A DNA stretch of 64,000 bases from Dicyema japonicum (GCA_011109175.1 RDEW01000016.1:484811-548810); one strand, 5' to 3'; positions 10,961-23,619 are shown, counted from the first letter of the stretch. The notes: generated by a model from the letters alone, not told the origin. Numbers and translations are program-made.

Positions 10961-12350
10961 CGTGGTCTTGTTGTGGTAATGCCTGTTGTGAGAAAATCAC
11001 CAAGAAAGAATATTATTATAAAGAAAAAGGTCGTGTCTGACCAAAGTGTTGAAAAGTTCTTGGAAAAGAACACTGAGGAGAATGCTAAAAATTTCCTAAG
11101 CGAAGTGATGAAAAGTCATCTTTAGAAGTAGCTGCCCAGCATTTGGATATGACTGACTTACTAGTGGTCTCTCTTGAGATCACTAATCCTGAGTTTGGAA
11201 AGATAAATTGTTTTAATACACTGGCCAATTTGGAGATTGCACGTAAAGCTCGAATTAGCCAGAGGAAATCCGGCTCTTTCACTCTTGAATTCTCGAATAC
11301 TAATGACCGTAACCATTTACTAAAGAGCTTGAAAAAAGCTTCCAGTTTGGTGTGGATAGACACAGAGTTTCCACACTGAGGTTACGCCCAGCTGAAGTGG
11401 TTCTGAAGGGGTTCCCCTCATGGGTTACAGACGAAGATCTTTTCGAATTCTTGTTGGAGACTCTTCAGCCAGGATTTTCTTTCAATCGCTTCAAGAAATA
11501 CGGCTACAACCTTACTGCAAATAAATTGACCGTCGAATCGAGAGCTGAGGCTAATACTCTCATTAGATCTGGATTACATGTTGGTTTCAAGAAAATCAGA
11601 TGTAAATGTACCAAGACTCTGCAATCACATATTTCAGATGCCAGAAATTTGGACACGTTGCATCTCGATGCATTGGAAAGGAGAAATGCTTGATTTGTGT
11701 GGATGAGCACGGAATGAGCAGCTGTCTTCCCAAAGAAAGATCAGAGAGGAAGTGCATTAACTGCGAGACTGTTGGTCACCTCGCGTGTTATGGAGGTTGC
11801 CCGGTGGCAAAGTCCTCTATTCAGAAATTGCGCGCCCATAATGCTAACCGTCATGAAGAAAACTTGACTGTGAATAAGAATACTACCAAACCTATCAGAT
11901 GTTAAAGAAGACGGCCCAATAAGTATGGACAAAATCTCGGCTTCTACTTGCGAGACTTTTACGCAAACTGAAGACTCTAAAAAGGCTATACAAACGGAGA
12001 AAATGATTCAAAATAAAATGAAGAATAAAGATTGGGAGAAAATCCCGAACCTAGGTGATAGTGCTCAAAAGAGATGACTTTCATTATCTCCAGGCTCCAC
12101 CACGAATGTTCTAAGGCAAATGTGGATTTACTGGATGTGGTAGCACTAGTTCTGAAGAGGCTAGACCACCTGAAAAGTTTTTGAAAGCAAGGAAATATAA
12201 AAATAATGCTGTGAATTCCAGATCCATTCTGAAAAGACATCATGAACTGGCATTACTGGTGAAAGCCGAGGAGCCTGATATTGTGGTCGTTAACAAGACT
12301 AAAATCAGAGAAGGGGAAGATTTCATCCTTGTGGCTTTTCGTCTGTAGGT
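10961..12350 (+). mobile_element. I/Jockey-like LINE 5' part: ORF1 (gag-like zinc knuckles) and start of ORF2 APE
   Basis: FRCQKFGHVASRC, CLICVDEHGMSSC, CINCETVGHLACYGGC in frameshifted ORFs 11143-11905. Then NSRSILKRHHELALLVKAEEPDIVVVNKTK (APE motif I/II) at ~12210-12310. Confidence 0.85.
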
Positions 12351-13289
12351 ACAGGATGAAAGGCAGGAGCTGCTACCGGCACGGGAACAAAATTTTAAGA
12401 GCCACTTTTTATAATAATGACAAAATTATATTTATCTAATTTATGAAATAATTGACCCTACAGTTCCTTCCTCAACAGTGTCATGTCTGGGTCGTAGCTT
12501 GCCATTTTAACTAGACAAGATTCCAAATTTGTATCAGTAATTTGACTTGCCACATTTCAAGACACCTTATTAGTTATACTCGCAATTGTTTTTGCGGATA
12601 ACGGTGTATTTTTAATTTAAATTCTCTGTTTTATTCGTAAAATTTTAAGATAGTCGTGACAATTTTAGTAAACAGGTTTTGATGTCACTTGGTTTTCCCA
12701 TTTTTTAAACCTCATGACTGACGATGAATCTTCCAATATTAGTAGTCCTGGCGGACTGCTTGCAATAATTAAATATTGAACCTTCAATTTTAATGTTTGT
12801 TTGGAGTATTCCAAGCTAGTTTTCGTACATCACCAATTGGAATTTTCTTGAAAAATCACCATGCTTTGAATTAAATTGTCTCTCCAGGTTTGAATTTTTG
12901 TTCTGGTTGAATGCTTCGTGGCAAGGGAGACATTATTATATAATAATTGAAGAACCACAAACAGAGTTGATGATTAAGCGAGTAAAATTTTTAAAATTAA
13001 AATATTCAAAAAATTAAGTAATAATTTAAATAATTTAACTATTCAATATAAAATAGCCTCTAAATATTATATATAGTCTAAAAAATACATAAAAAACATT
13101 TTAAAAGAAAAACACTATTTTGAAAATGTTTTTATTGGAGATTCATTCACGTGGAAGAATATTGCCAAAAGTTCTTGTAAAGCATTTAAGAGGCAGGCCT
13201 CCGTGTATACATGGCCAAGTAGAACGCTAACACCGGTTGAGGTGGTGACGACACCTCTATTGCACTATGTTTTATTCGTATTCCTTACC

Positions 13290-13430
13290 GACTTCTCTGG
13301 GATCTTTCAATTGCAGAGGACTTAAACAATTTTACAAGAAACACAACTGGTATGCGATCTAACCAAATATGACGTTTCTGTCTGCTGTCTACAAGAGACA
13401 AAAACGACCGTACAATGGTACTGTTTGGAA
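13290..13430 (+). mobile_element. RTE-type APE endonuclease N-terminal fragment
   Basis: CRGLKQF...DLTKYDVSVCCLQETKTTVQ. A related copy lies at ~36000-36150 (-). Confidence 0.6.
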
Positions 13431-14189
13431 ATTTCCACCGTCGGCCTGCCGACATTATGGTCTCGGATTTCAGTCCATCAGGACATGATTCACCGCGTTA
13501 CAAGACAGCATCTGATATTATAATGGAAATAGCGGACGACCTAGACTACATAAGAGAACATTGCGCACAGAAGATCATGGTCGAGCTGACGAAAGGATGA
13601 TTCGGAATACGGCACAAAGGAAACTTAATTAATTTTATGTTTTTTCGGGAGTGTTTTTAATAATAATAATAAAATAATAAAAAGAGCTACACAAAAAACT
13701 CAAAGAGCCACGGTTGCCGACCTTCCTGCACGTGATGGTTTGGATACAGCGAAATATTTTATAGTGAGCAAATTTATTGATTTATTGCATAGAACCTGAA
13801 AATGGCGGCGAAATTATAGAAGGAATACATATTTCCAGACTTGAATTGATTGATAATTTTTTTAACCAGTAAAACATTTCATATTTGGTATACGAGGAGT
13901 ATGGAAGCAAAGTATAGGAATTTGTCTCGACACACAAAGATTACGAAGTGCAATAGCTTTCTGTAGGTGGAATCCGTGCTACCGTAAGGATTTTTCCAGA
14001 TCAGAACCGTATCCTTTAGCCATCCAAACAGCCTACGCAGCATTCGTTGAACGACATCAAAGTCCCCATTGTAGCAAACCTCCTTCAACTCCACGAATTG
14101 TTGTGGTAGTCTGAAATCTTTGCTGAATACCCCGATACACCTATATCAACTGTAAAACCCCCAATTTTGAAGCCACTTTGACTTTGAAG

Positions 14190-14900
14190 CAGTCAATCAA
14201 ACTTTATTAAAACACAAAAATCAATCAAAATGACCCCCGCCGACATAATTGAAGTTGCGTTGACTTTCACGATAGCAACAGAGAGAAGCCACCGAGTCTC
14301 ACATGTGTCGTGGCTTTTTAATGTAACCAGGCGTCCCAGCCTCTTTAGAAAACGAAGTGATGTCCTGCTTATTTCTTCAGTTGTCTCAACTACTATGGGG
14401 CAGAGAGGTAACCGATTGTGTAGCTCTTTGTATTTCTTCTTCGTTTTCATTTTCAATCTGCCTGACAAGCTTATTTCCTTTCTGAATTAGTGTCAGTAGT
14501 CCTTTTCCATAACCTGATATGGTATTGGGGGCAAGTTCTTTAAGCACCACTAAAACAAAGTTAAAGTGGATGACATTATACGAGTAAGTTGTCCATAGCC
14601 ATCTGGCTCACGGAAACTGATATATTGGGATCGTCGACGAAGGATATGCTATTAAAGGATGCTGTTTGATCAAAAGTCTGAGCGAAGGAATTGAAAAAAA
14701 GAAAACCTTCTTTGACTTGTCTTGATAGCAGCGGATTGATCTTCTGCATTGAGGCAAATACTGACGTGGTGACTCTTCAGTCTTTTAGGCCTCTGTCATT
14801 GACCGTCCAAACGTGGATTAAACACGTGGAGATTGAGTTCACAACCTCAACTACTAAAGTTAACTACTTCTAGTCTTTATCAGTCAAATCAGGCACTAAA
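14190..14900 (-). mobile_element. CRE-like non-LTR 3' portion (RLE region)
   Basis: ORF 14193-14468: PIVVETTEEISRTSLRFLKRLGRLVT...ETRWLLSVAIVKVNA, homologous to the end of 44354-45283. Confidence 0.65.
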
Positions 14901-15136
14901 AGCGGCTGACAGGTTTGCGCAAATTTAAAACTGTCGAAATTTCGTTGCGACGACATAACGAACTATAATCGAATATAAACGTAACATCGCGAAATATGTG
15001 CGATATTCACGGAGATTCATTGATGGATGATAGAGTAAGGAAGAAGAACAGACTGGCGGCAACCAGGTACAGACAAAGGGTGAAATCGAAGATTAGGGAT
15101 CTAGAACATGTATTAGTGTGACTTATATTAGGAATG

Positions 15137-15445
15137 GAAGTAGTCTTACGATCCTTTTTAAAGTTATCATATTTTTTTAATAATTATTTTTACGTTTTAT
15201 TTTTAATATCTTCCCAGAGATAAACTTCGTGAGATTTAAAGACACATGCAATTACGGTAGCACTAAAATAAACGTCACAGTACTTGTGACTTTTTTTTTA
15301 AATTTATTATTTATTTTAAGTAATAAAAAAATAAAAATTTATTAGGCAATTAAATACAAAAAATAACATTTAGAATTACTGGCTGTTCTTATAACCGAGA
15401 ACGTAATTCTCCTGACGATTTGGAAAGAAATACGCTCGTTACCAG
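15137..15445 (+). repeat. ~310 bp dispersed direct repeat, copy 1 (copy 2 at 24830-25143)
   Basis: Near-identical from GAAGTAGTCTTACGATC to CGCTCGTTACC, including AT-rich tracts. Confidence 0.9.
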
Positions 15446-16601
15446 AGAATTAAAAGGAGGAATATTGCAAAAAACTGAAGGAAGTTGTTTTTAAGAGGTT
15501 CTTGGAGGATGTTCTCGCGGGGAAAGAGACGACCCCAGTTGACCGTGAGAAGATCAGATCGATGTCGTACCTTGAGTTTGTGGATTACATTAGAGCTATT
15601 TTCGACAATGCTTATTCATTCCAGTTTTAACCTTTTTTGGTCTTCTTTTTTGGGTTAATGTGGTTAAAATAGGATTGTTTAATTTACCCCTTCACATGTT
15701 AGCATACATTAAGTTGTTCAAAGGGTAGGACTTGACGTTAGGGGACTTGAATGACAGTAAAACCTTTTTTACATTTGAATAAAAATTCTAATTAATGCTA
15801 ATAGAGATGAGTAATTTAATTATAAGACACGTGGTAATTGTGAGTTATTAAGAGACGGGCATTTCTGGTAGATTGGAAGCATGAACTATAAATTATGTAC
15901 GATGACTTTGTTGGCAGTTTTTTGTTTGGTGGATAACTTGTGTAGGGAAGAGTTGAAAGCGGTCATTGACCACGAGGTACCTGAGTATATGAGTATTGAA
16001 CTTACAAATTGGAGGTAGATGGTGAACTGGCATTTAGTCTTGCCTCCAAGAGTTTATGATGTGATTTTTAAAATTGTTAGTTTCATCAGCGATGATGTCA
16101 CTATATCTCGCGAAAGAGATCCTTGGTCAAATGTGACTCCGAGAATGTCGATGTTGAATGTAAAGTTTTGTTGTCGATGAGAACGTTGGACTCAAAGTCG
16201 TAGTGTTTTTGCTAAGAGTCGCTATTGTGCAACCAATGGAATCAGTGTTCAGAATGTTCTGTATGATTCACGTGAGGTTCGATAGTGTCTATCTGTTGGA
16301 GTGAGGAGGATATCACGGGAATATAAGAACAGAAGATAGATTTCCAGGAGGTTGTACAAATAAATCGTAATTGTCAATCTGACCAAGTCCTCAGTGCCAA
16401 TAGGTTGTGAAATGAAGAGAGTACTCCCCTTATGATGTTTTGTTTGTTCAATAAGAGCATCTTCTGATCAAAAAATATATTTCTATCCACCAGTTACGCG
16501 ACATGGCAAAGAAGTTTCGTCCTCTCAGTAATTGAAAATTTTTCATTTTTAGAGTTTTTTGTACGAGCGTGTATCTCCTGGTCTTTTTTTCTATTATAAA
16601 T

Positions 16602-16853
16602 GATCATCCGGTTGCCGGGCTAGAGGCCTGAAGGTCGCTAGTTCGAATCCCATACTGTACATTCGGTCGAAGGTTCCACGCATCAATATGCTTTGGCTTT
16701 ACGAGTGACGCCGTCATCAGTGGATACTCACTGCGGAACCGGATCGTCTATAAAGGACATACACTCAAGAAAAAGAAGTGAAGTGCATTCTTTCGTTCTC
16801 CTCATCGACTAGCTATGATAACTGTTCTTTGCTTAAATAAAGTGTGTGTTCTG
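16602..16853 (+). mobile_element. tRNA-derived SINE with structured core, copy A
   Basis: B-box GTTCGAATCC at 16641, core GGTTCCACGCATC...GCCGTCATCAGTGG...CACTGCGGAACC (16672-16740), A-rich stretch, then AATAAAGTGTGTGTTCTG. Confidence 0.75.
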
Positions 16854-17218
16854 AAACCATAAACAGTGTTTACTGGTAACGCGGCTGATCATCCATAAGA
16901 CATGCATTAGGAGTGACTGATAAGTTGCCACAGACTGAATTTGGATTTGGAACCTCTGAAAATTCCATTGACTCTGATTTTTACTGATAATTGACATCAG
17001 CGAGTACTGCATTCCGAAGGCCGTTGATAACTTCGTGCAAACCATTGTCCAGGATTGATTAGCCTCATTGATTTCATATAACTCTGGAGAAAATAATATT
17101 AATAACACAATCAGCTACAACAGTCTTTCCAGAACATTGGAGTCTTAATTGTCCAGATCTCCGAGAACCCACAAGACAAGTCACTCATCTTGTTTAGGTC
17201 GCCTTCGATCTCTTAGAG

Positions 17219-17940
17219 CAATGGTTCCCAACCTTAAGGTGTACGCGGAACCCTTTTGGGTTAATTTATTTTTTGAGGAACCCTTCCAATTCAATTATTA
17301 GAATTTTCACTTAAAACATAATTGTAATAACCAAAAACAATTTTAATATGAACATCGTTTTGTGCCGGTAGCAATCTGGTGCGGCCGGAAGTATTACAGC
17401 CTCTTTCCTAAAGGAAATCGGAGGAAAATTGGCCCACCGCAAGAAAGACGTGCGGGAAGCGGTCTGGCTTAGGCAAAGAATTGGTATCGCAGTTGTTCGC
17501 GGAAACGCTTACTCCGTGATGTCAGCAGCCGCTTCCTCCATAGTTAATAAATAATATTTTATTGTTAATAAATTTTTGAAATAAAAAAAATATGAACATT
17601 GAGACAACTTTTTTTACCATAGCATAGTTGTATAACGTTAGGAGTTATTGTTGACAACTGTATCCTCATATCAGGGAAGTTTTAGTAAATGTATATATTG
17701 AAAACCCCGACTCGCATAAGTAAGTCGCTGGAAAAAGTACGTATTGGGTATTTTGAAATGCATGATCTCCAATATTAAAAAGGAGTCATTTTATATATCT
17801 GATTTGACGTTGATTTTGATATCACATCAAATTTCTTCCGAAAATATTTCGCAATGTCATCCAAAAAATACCAAATGATCTTTAAAATTTGCGGAACCCT
17901 AATTCTGGCTTCGTGAATCCCCGGGGTTCCCCGGAACTAA
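17219..17940 (+). mobile_element. Non-autonomous hAT element with nested CRE 3' fragment (~17345-17555)
   Basis: CAATGGTTCCCAACC TIR after TCTTAGAG. Subterminal GCGGAACCC / GGGGTTCCCCGGAAC near 17890-17937. The nested piece translates as EAVWLRQRIGIAVVRGNAYSV. Confidence 0.65.
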
Positions 17941-18169
17941 AGTTCAAATCAAAAATCTTGATTATCAGAATTTTATTTTTTATAGTGGCAACCCTAAATT
18001 TCTAGCGTGTTTCAGAATATTTTTTGTAGTGGTTTCTTACAGAGGATGTGTGAAAGGTGTCTACACCTCATACTTTCATTAATATGTAGATCCCTTCTTC
18101 ATCGTGATCCCAGCCTAGAATTCTTACCCAACTTCAATGACGTTATCATGACCTTAATGCTAAGGACTG

Positions 18170-19160
18170 TTGATAAACCGTTCCAGCATGGTTTCTAAAA
18201 GGATCGGTCCACAACAAGCTTCCTCACATCCAAGACTCCAGAAAACTGTGTTATGCTCACTAGACGTCCACAAAGCCTTCGAATCTGTGCCGAGGAAGAA
18301 TCTAACATGGAAAATCTACCAATCAGATATCCCTGAAAACCTCAAACGCTGGCTGACAAACTTCCTTAGCGGACGGAGAGGTAGAGTGTGCATTGGAAAC
18401 ATTCATTCTGTCTCCCATTTATTCACAAATGGAGTATCCAAGGGTTCGCCGCTATCACCATTTCTATTCAACCTATTTACAGCTGACATTCCGACGCCGA
18501 ATGGAGAAGTTACCTGCTTCTAGCTTATGCAGGCGACATCGTCTTAGCCTCACGGGATCAGAACACCCAAACAGCGACGGAAAGAATACAACACCACATG
18601 GATCGACTACTCGAGTGGTTTAGTGAAAATCAAATGTCAATCAACACCGAAAAATCTGTTACAGCTCTCTATACCTCGGACAAATAATTGTCGAACAGGA
18701 TAATAGAAGTTACTGCGCAGAAAAGTGGCAAATAATATTGGGTCTGACTTTCGATACACACATGAATTTTACGAGACACGTCACTAACGTGCTGAACAAA
18801 TGTGAGAAGAAAATCAACCTTCTGAAATGCCTGACAGGTCTATGGAAAATTGGATATTAAAACGCTCTACTCACAGTACATCGAACCATGCATATCATAT
18901 GCGTGAACTTCATGGGGACCACTGGCCTCTTATACGAACATCTAGAAAATCTCCGCAACCCAGAAAAGGGCCTTCAAACTAACCGAGAGATGGCATACAG
19001 GGAAAACGCTAAATCACCGACGTCCATGGAGACACTAATCGAAAAAAACAAAAATGGACACCAATGCCAAAAAGGAAGTGCTAGCCCGGAACGAACTTGT
19101 GTATGCTCAAGGGATCAACACCGAGCAAAGATGAGAGCCTTGATCCAATTTGTCGGGATC
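18170..19160 (+). mobile_element. I/Jockey-like reverse transcriptase relic
   Basis: LDVHKAFESV, WLTNFLSGR, GVSKGSPLSPFLFNLFTADI, YAGDIV (degraded YADD), with frameshifts. Confidence 0.85.
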
Positions 19161-19719
19161 ACTTAGTTTAGTTTTTTCGGTTTAACAGTTTGGAATTAAT
19201 GACTTTAATGCTAAGGAGTATTCGACTCAGTTAACAGACGAGGACAAACTCAGAACTCGGACACCTTGTCATACTAAACAACCAACACACAAGATGTGGA
19301 ACTCGTCCCGGGGATCCAAACGCATCCCCTGACCTTCCGATATGCTCATCCACGAACGCATTGCTGATTAGCCTAGGTCTCCAGGACCCTACGTCAAAGT
19401 AATGGATCTCTGGAGCGTTTTTCTACGGTTGCCAGTGTCCTAAATGTTAGCGAAATTGGTTAATAATTTAAGATGGAAAGTCCAGATCACCTAATTAATC
19501 AACTAATACGTTTGTTGTCCACCACCTGGATCACTTAATTAGTTTGCTTAACTCTTTCTTTCTTTGTGTTCTTAAGTTAAATAATATTAATCCGTCAAAA
19601 TGGAATAAGCTAGAGAAAATCCAAAGACGAATGACGTCCAATCCATTCCTTGTAGTTGTGGAAACCCCTCCAGTGGAGTGGGATGGGATTAAATAGTTTT
19701 AGATCATTTCATTATTTTC

Positions 19720-20292
19720 CGACAAAGGAAAAATCCGATGAGATTATCTGACAAAGGTACCATCATTATTTTGTTTGTTATGACCAAACATAGTCATAAT
19801 AATGATACGACAAGCATGGATTATCAGCTTTTCGCCAATGGTATGAGGTTTCAGATTTTTTGCTATCAATTCAGAAATATGAATTTTTTAATAATTCAGT
19901 TGAGCTCACAAAAGTATCACTAAACAACATTTGACTGGATCTACAATACATAGTAAAACTAAATAATACTTTTGTTGTTTTTTCAAATGCATAAAATAAT
20001 CCACAGATTTTTCTGAATAGTCCGGATGCTTGGAGTAAAATGTCTATTTATTTTGCTAGGAATCATAGCATCATTTGCAAAACATCGAATTTAGGCATCG
20101 GGTAGTTTTTTTATCATCGCATGTAATTCCAAATGAAAATAAAAATCTTTATATGAGCGACGAATTGATTTACTCATTTTAAACCAAAAAAATGTGAATA
20201 AATTTTTTCAAATTAGTATTTGTCTGGCGGCACACTACTAATTGTCTCGAGGCACACTAAGTGTGCCGCGCCAGACCGTTTGACAATCTCTG
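19720..20292 (-). mobile_element. hAT/Buster left end plus transposase relic, inverted paralog of 464-1200
   Basis: Reverse-strand TIR CAGAGATTGTCAAACGG ends at 20292. GCAAATGATGCTATGATTCCTAGCAAA...CAAGCATCCGGACTATT matches ~790-852. Confidence 0.8.
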
Positions 20293-20619
20293 TTTTAGAT
20301 AATTCAATTATGCTTCTCTGACACCTAAGCGAATGGAAGATTCAAAGAATTGTTCTAGTCAGTTGAGAAGTCACATAATTCGTTCTTAAATAGATAATTA
20401 TTTGTTTTAGAAGAGATTTAAATTTTCAAAAAACCGATTGAAGAAAATTCAAGTTTATACAAAGCTATAAATAGGAGACAATGTATATAATAATATTTTA
20501 TCATTTAATCGAGATGAGGTTAAACATATTAAATTAATAAATAAAAATTCCATATGATCTGTGGGAATGGCAAGGCTTAAAATTGCTAATTTAATACAGT
20601 TATTCTTTAAACTTGATAA

Positions 20620-21030
20620 ATTGATTGATATTCGCTTTCCTCTCTGACCACCGTTGCATTTTGGAGCTGACTGAATTCACCCAAGAGGATGGCACACGCC
20701 CCTACGAAACTATAACATTTCATTTTGATAATGGTTGGATCCTGGTTTGGGACGCTACATATGTTGTCGAAGAATTTGCCGTTTCACCATCGGATCCAGG
20801 TCATGCTTCAAAACAGAAGAGAAAGAAGTATCGAAGCATCTCGAGGATCACTTGTTTCCCATATGCTGTCAAGACGTCAGTAATCATAGGCCCACAAGCT
20901 GACGATCTACTACGCAAGATCGGCTCATGATCCAAAGGACTATCAAGGATCTAAGTGAGACTGGGTGGCTTCGAGAGTGTATCTCGACGGCCATTGTGAT
21001 AGGAAGCAGTACAGCTATTCGAGATCCCTA
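20620..21030 (+). mobile_element. CRE-like RLE 3' fragment (another at ~21530-21650)
   Basis: WILVWDATYVVEEFA, FPYAVKTSVIIGPQADDLLRKIG, ETGWLRECISTAIV. Confidence 0.7.
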
Positions 21031-21229
21031 AAAAAGTGCTCTTTTAACTGTTTAATTTTTTGGTTCTTATTTAGAATCTGATAGCCACTTTCCTGCAACA
21101 AAATCAATATATGAAATTTTTAGTTTACAAATAAATTTTTAATTATTAATTACCTACGATTAATTTAATTATTTATTTAATTTTTTTAAAATAATTGCAA
21201 CACATTTTGAGAAACCTTTCAATGTGACG

Positions 21230-21530
21230 ACAGCAATCCCCCCAAGGAAAGCCAAGACCCTTAAAAAAACTAATTAAAATTTTGGAAGTAAAAACAGCAT
21301 GGCAAAAACTAAAAAACAACAGAAGCCCTGAACCAGACACGATAAACCCAGAATTACTGAAATACGGCCATGACCCACTTTTTGAAAAAAATCGCTACAC
21401 TACTAAATAAAATATTTTCAACTTACTCAACTTTACCCCTGGGAACGGGATTACTAGTACCTACACAAAAGCCCAATAAACCCAAAGGACCGGTTGAAGA
21501 CTTAGGACCAATTATATTATTGAGTTGGTT
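21230..21530 (+). mobile_element. RTE fragment homologous to 6030-6320 (-)
   Basis: Direct nucleotide similarity (AAAAACAACAGAAGCCCTG..ACCAGA..CGATAAACC..GAATTACTGAAATAC; CCAATAAACCCAAAGGACCGGTTGAA). Confidence 0.8.
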
Positions 21531-21799
21531 CGTAAGATCGGCTCCATGATTCAAGCTGTGACAAGGATCCGCGAGAGACTGGTTGGTTCCGAGAACGTAT
21601 CTCGTTGGCTATTGTTAGGGGAAATAGCATGGCCATTCAGATGCCTTAATTTAATTTTTATTCATTTGAAGATTCTAAATTGAAAAAAAAATTATATTAT
21701 CAAATTCTCTACGGAAAGTCTTAGTTAAGATTGTATTGAATCGAATAAAAAGACCCGCCTATGATTACCGAAAGTTAAAGAAACATAACTGGAATGTCC

Positions 21800-22110
21800 T
21801 GGCCATCCAAGATCTCGCGGAAAGGACTGTACAATTAGTGTGACTGTACACCAATGAGTCTCGAGATCATTAGCTCTCGTTGGAGACTTTTTGGACACGT
21901 CCTGAGGTTGGACCCGATATTCCCCTGAATATCGCAATGGAAGATTACTACTCCTCCCATGTGAAACGCTTTCGTGGAAGACCGAGAACAACTCTCCCGG
22001 TCGTTTTAAAAAACGATCTGAAAGCCGTAAAAAAACATTGGCATCAACTGACGACCTGGACATACTGAGGGATCTGGCTAAGAACAGAAAAGCCTGGAAC
22101 TCCATCGTGT
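21800..22110 (+). mobile_element. RTE 3' end fragment
   Basis: IAMEDYYSSHVKRFRGRPRTTLPVVLKNDLKAVKK, homologous to 4840-5050 (-). Confidence 0.75.
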
Positions 22111-22413
22111 TGATTACAAATTAATTTCTTTGATTTGCGGCAAAATATGGAGCAATCTGCAAGACCAATATAAGGATACGTTCCGGTATTATTCGTGGTT
22201 ACATATCTATGTGCATGGTTAGAGAACTCTAATGTGAATTTTGTAAGATGCAATTCGCTTTATTTTTATGTGGAATTCTAAAATTGCGATGCAGAGAATC
22301 GCCAAAAACAATCTTGGCTGGAGTTCGACAAGTGTAGACTGGCACATGTATATCAGAGTTCTGAGCACATCAATTGATTACTTCGTTAAAATTGATATTA
22401 TCTGTTTAATGAA

Positions 22414-22455
22414 GGGATGACAGTAGAAATAGATGAAAGTCATTTTTCCAAGCTA
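22414..22455 (+). mobile_element. Possible Merlin/ISXO2-type transposase scrap
   Basis: GMTVEIDESHFSK matches the VEIDES motif; very short. Confidence 0.3.
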
Positions 22456-23619
22456 AAAATATTGCTATTAAATTAATTGTTGGTTAAATGAAGTGGGTTG
22501 GATATTACTATTAAATTTTCAAATTATTCGTAAGCGAATAAAAATTGAATATTTAATTTTTAACAAAATAATTTTTTTAACAATTAAACATTTAACTAAA
22601 AAAATTATCATATATTGATTTTTTTAGCAGATGGTTTATAGCATTAAAAAATTTGAAAAAATAAAATCATTGATAGATTAATAGTTAAAATCCCAAGGTT
22701 AAAACCACAAAAATGTAACCAAAGACCGGTACGTCATGTGAATTAATAAATGATACAGTGTATCTATTCGAACTGTTTAGAGCTTCCAAATTATAAAAAA
22801 AGTCTTCACAGCACGTGTTGATGGATTTTTGTGATTAAGGAAAAAATTAGTGAAAATTGCAATTTTGAGATCATCACTCTCAACGACGAAGTGGGGGCTA
22901 TTATATTTGCCAACATTGCGCCATTCTTACTTTCCTCTTCCTTAAAGTGTTTTTAAGGACGCCACTGAGGAATTGAGAGGAAAATTTTTAATGTGATTTT
23001 TTTAATTTAAAGTATTTCTGATTTAATATTAATAAACAGTTAAACAAAAAAATATCTAAAAGATGTCGTCGACTTTTGTGAGAAAGTTAAAAACGAGTGT
23101 CCCCAAGTAATGATGAGTTCAATATCTGTTGGTGAACTGACCAAAAAATTCTTCGATAAAAATCATTATTGATTTGTAAAAGGAAAGGATGAGACTGAGA
23201 TGACATCAATATACTCGTAACCCCCAATTTCTATTAGAGGTGGGGAATCTGATTAATTGATGTGAGGTCCACCCGTTTCCAGATTTGCCGGAGATTTCGC
23301 GTATTTTGTCTCTCGATGTATTATCTGAGTTACAGGCTTAGAATTATTTCACTCTCTGTCTCCTCAACTTTTTGTTTTAGTCATGGATCTCTTTATCAAA
23401 ATTTTAAATAATAAATTTCCAAAATTGTCCATTTCCCAAAGTAATTCATCATTGATGACGTATTCAACCAATCACTTGATGACGATGCTTTAACAGCGAT
23501 GAAGCGGTTAGATTCACTTATGCAGAATTTACGGCGTCAAGAAGTCAAAGAAACTAAAGACGCATTCTATCAATTCCATAGTCAATACCAGAGTTGAAAT
23601 CCGGGTGGACACATCCATA

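Noticed and set aside
16685-16720. SECIS-like ATGA...AAA...GA on the SINE antisense strand
   Set aside because: The helix geometry is not supported in the other copies, and no selenoprotein context is visible.
19365-19420. Second HDV-like candidate on the minus strand (GAGATCC...GG...GGCTAAT)
   Set aside because: No P1 5' strand or P2 3' strand complement could be found.
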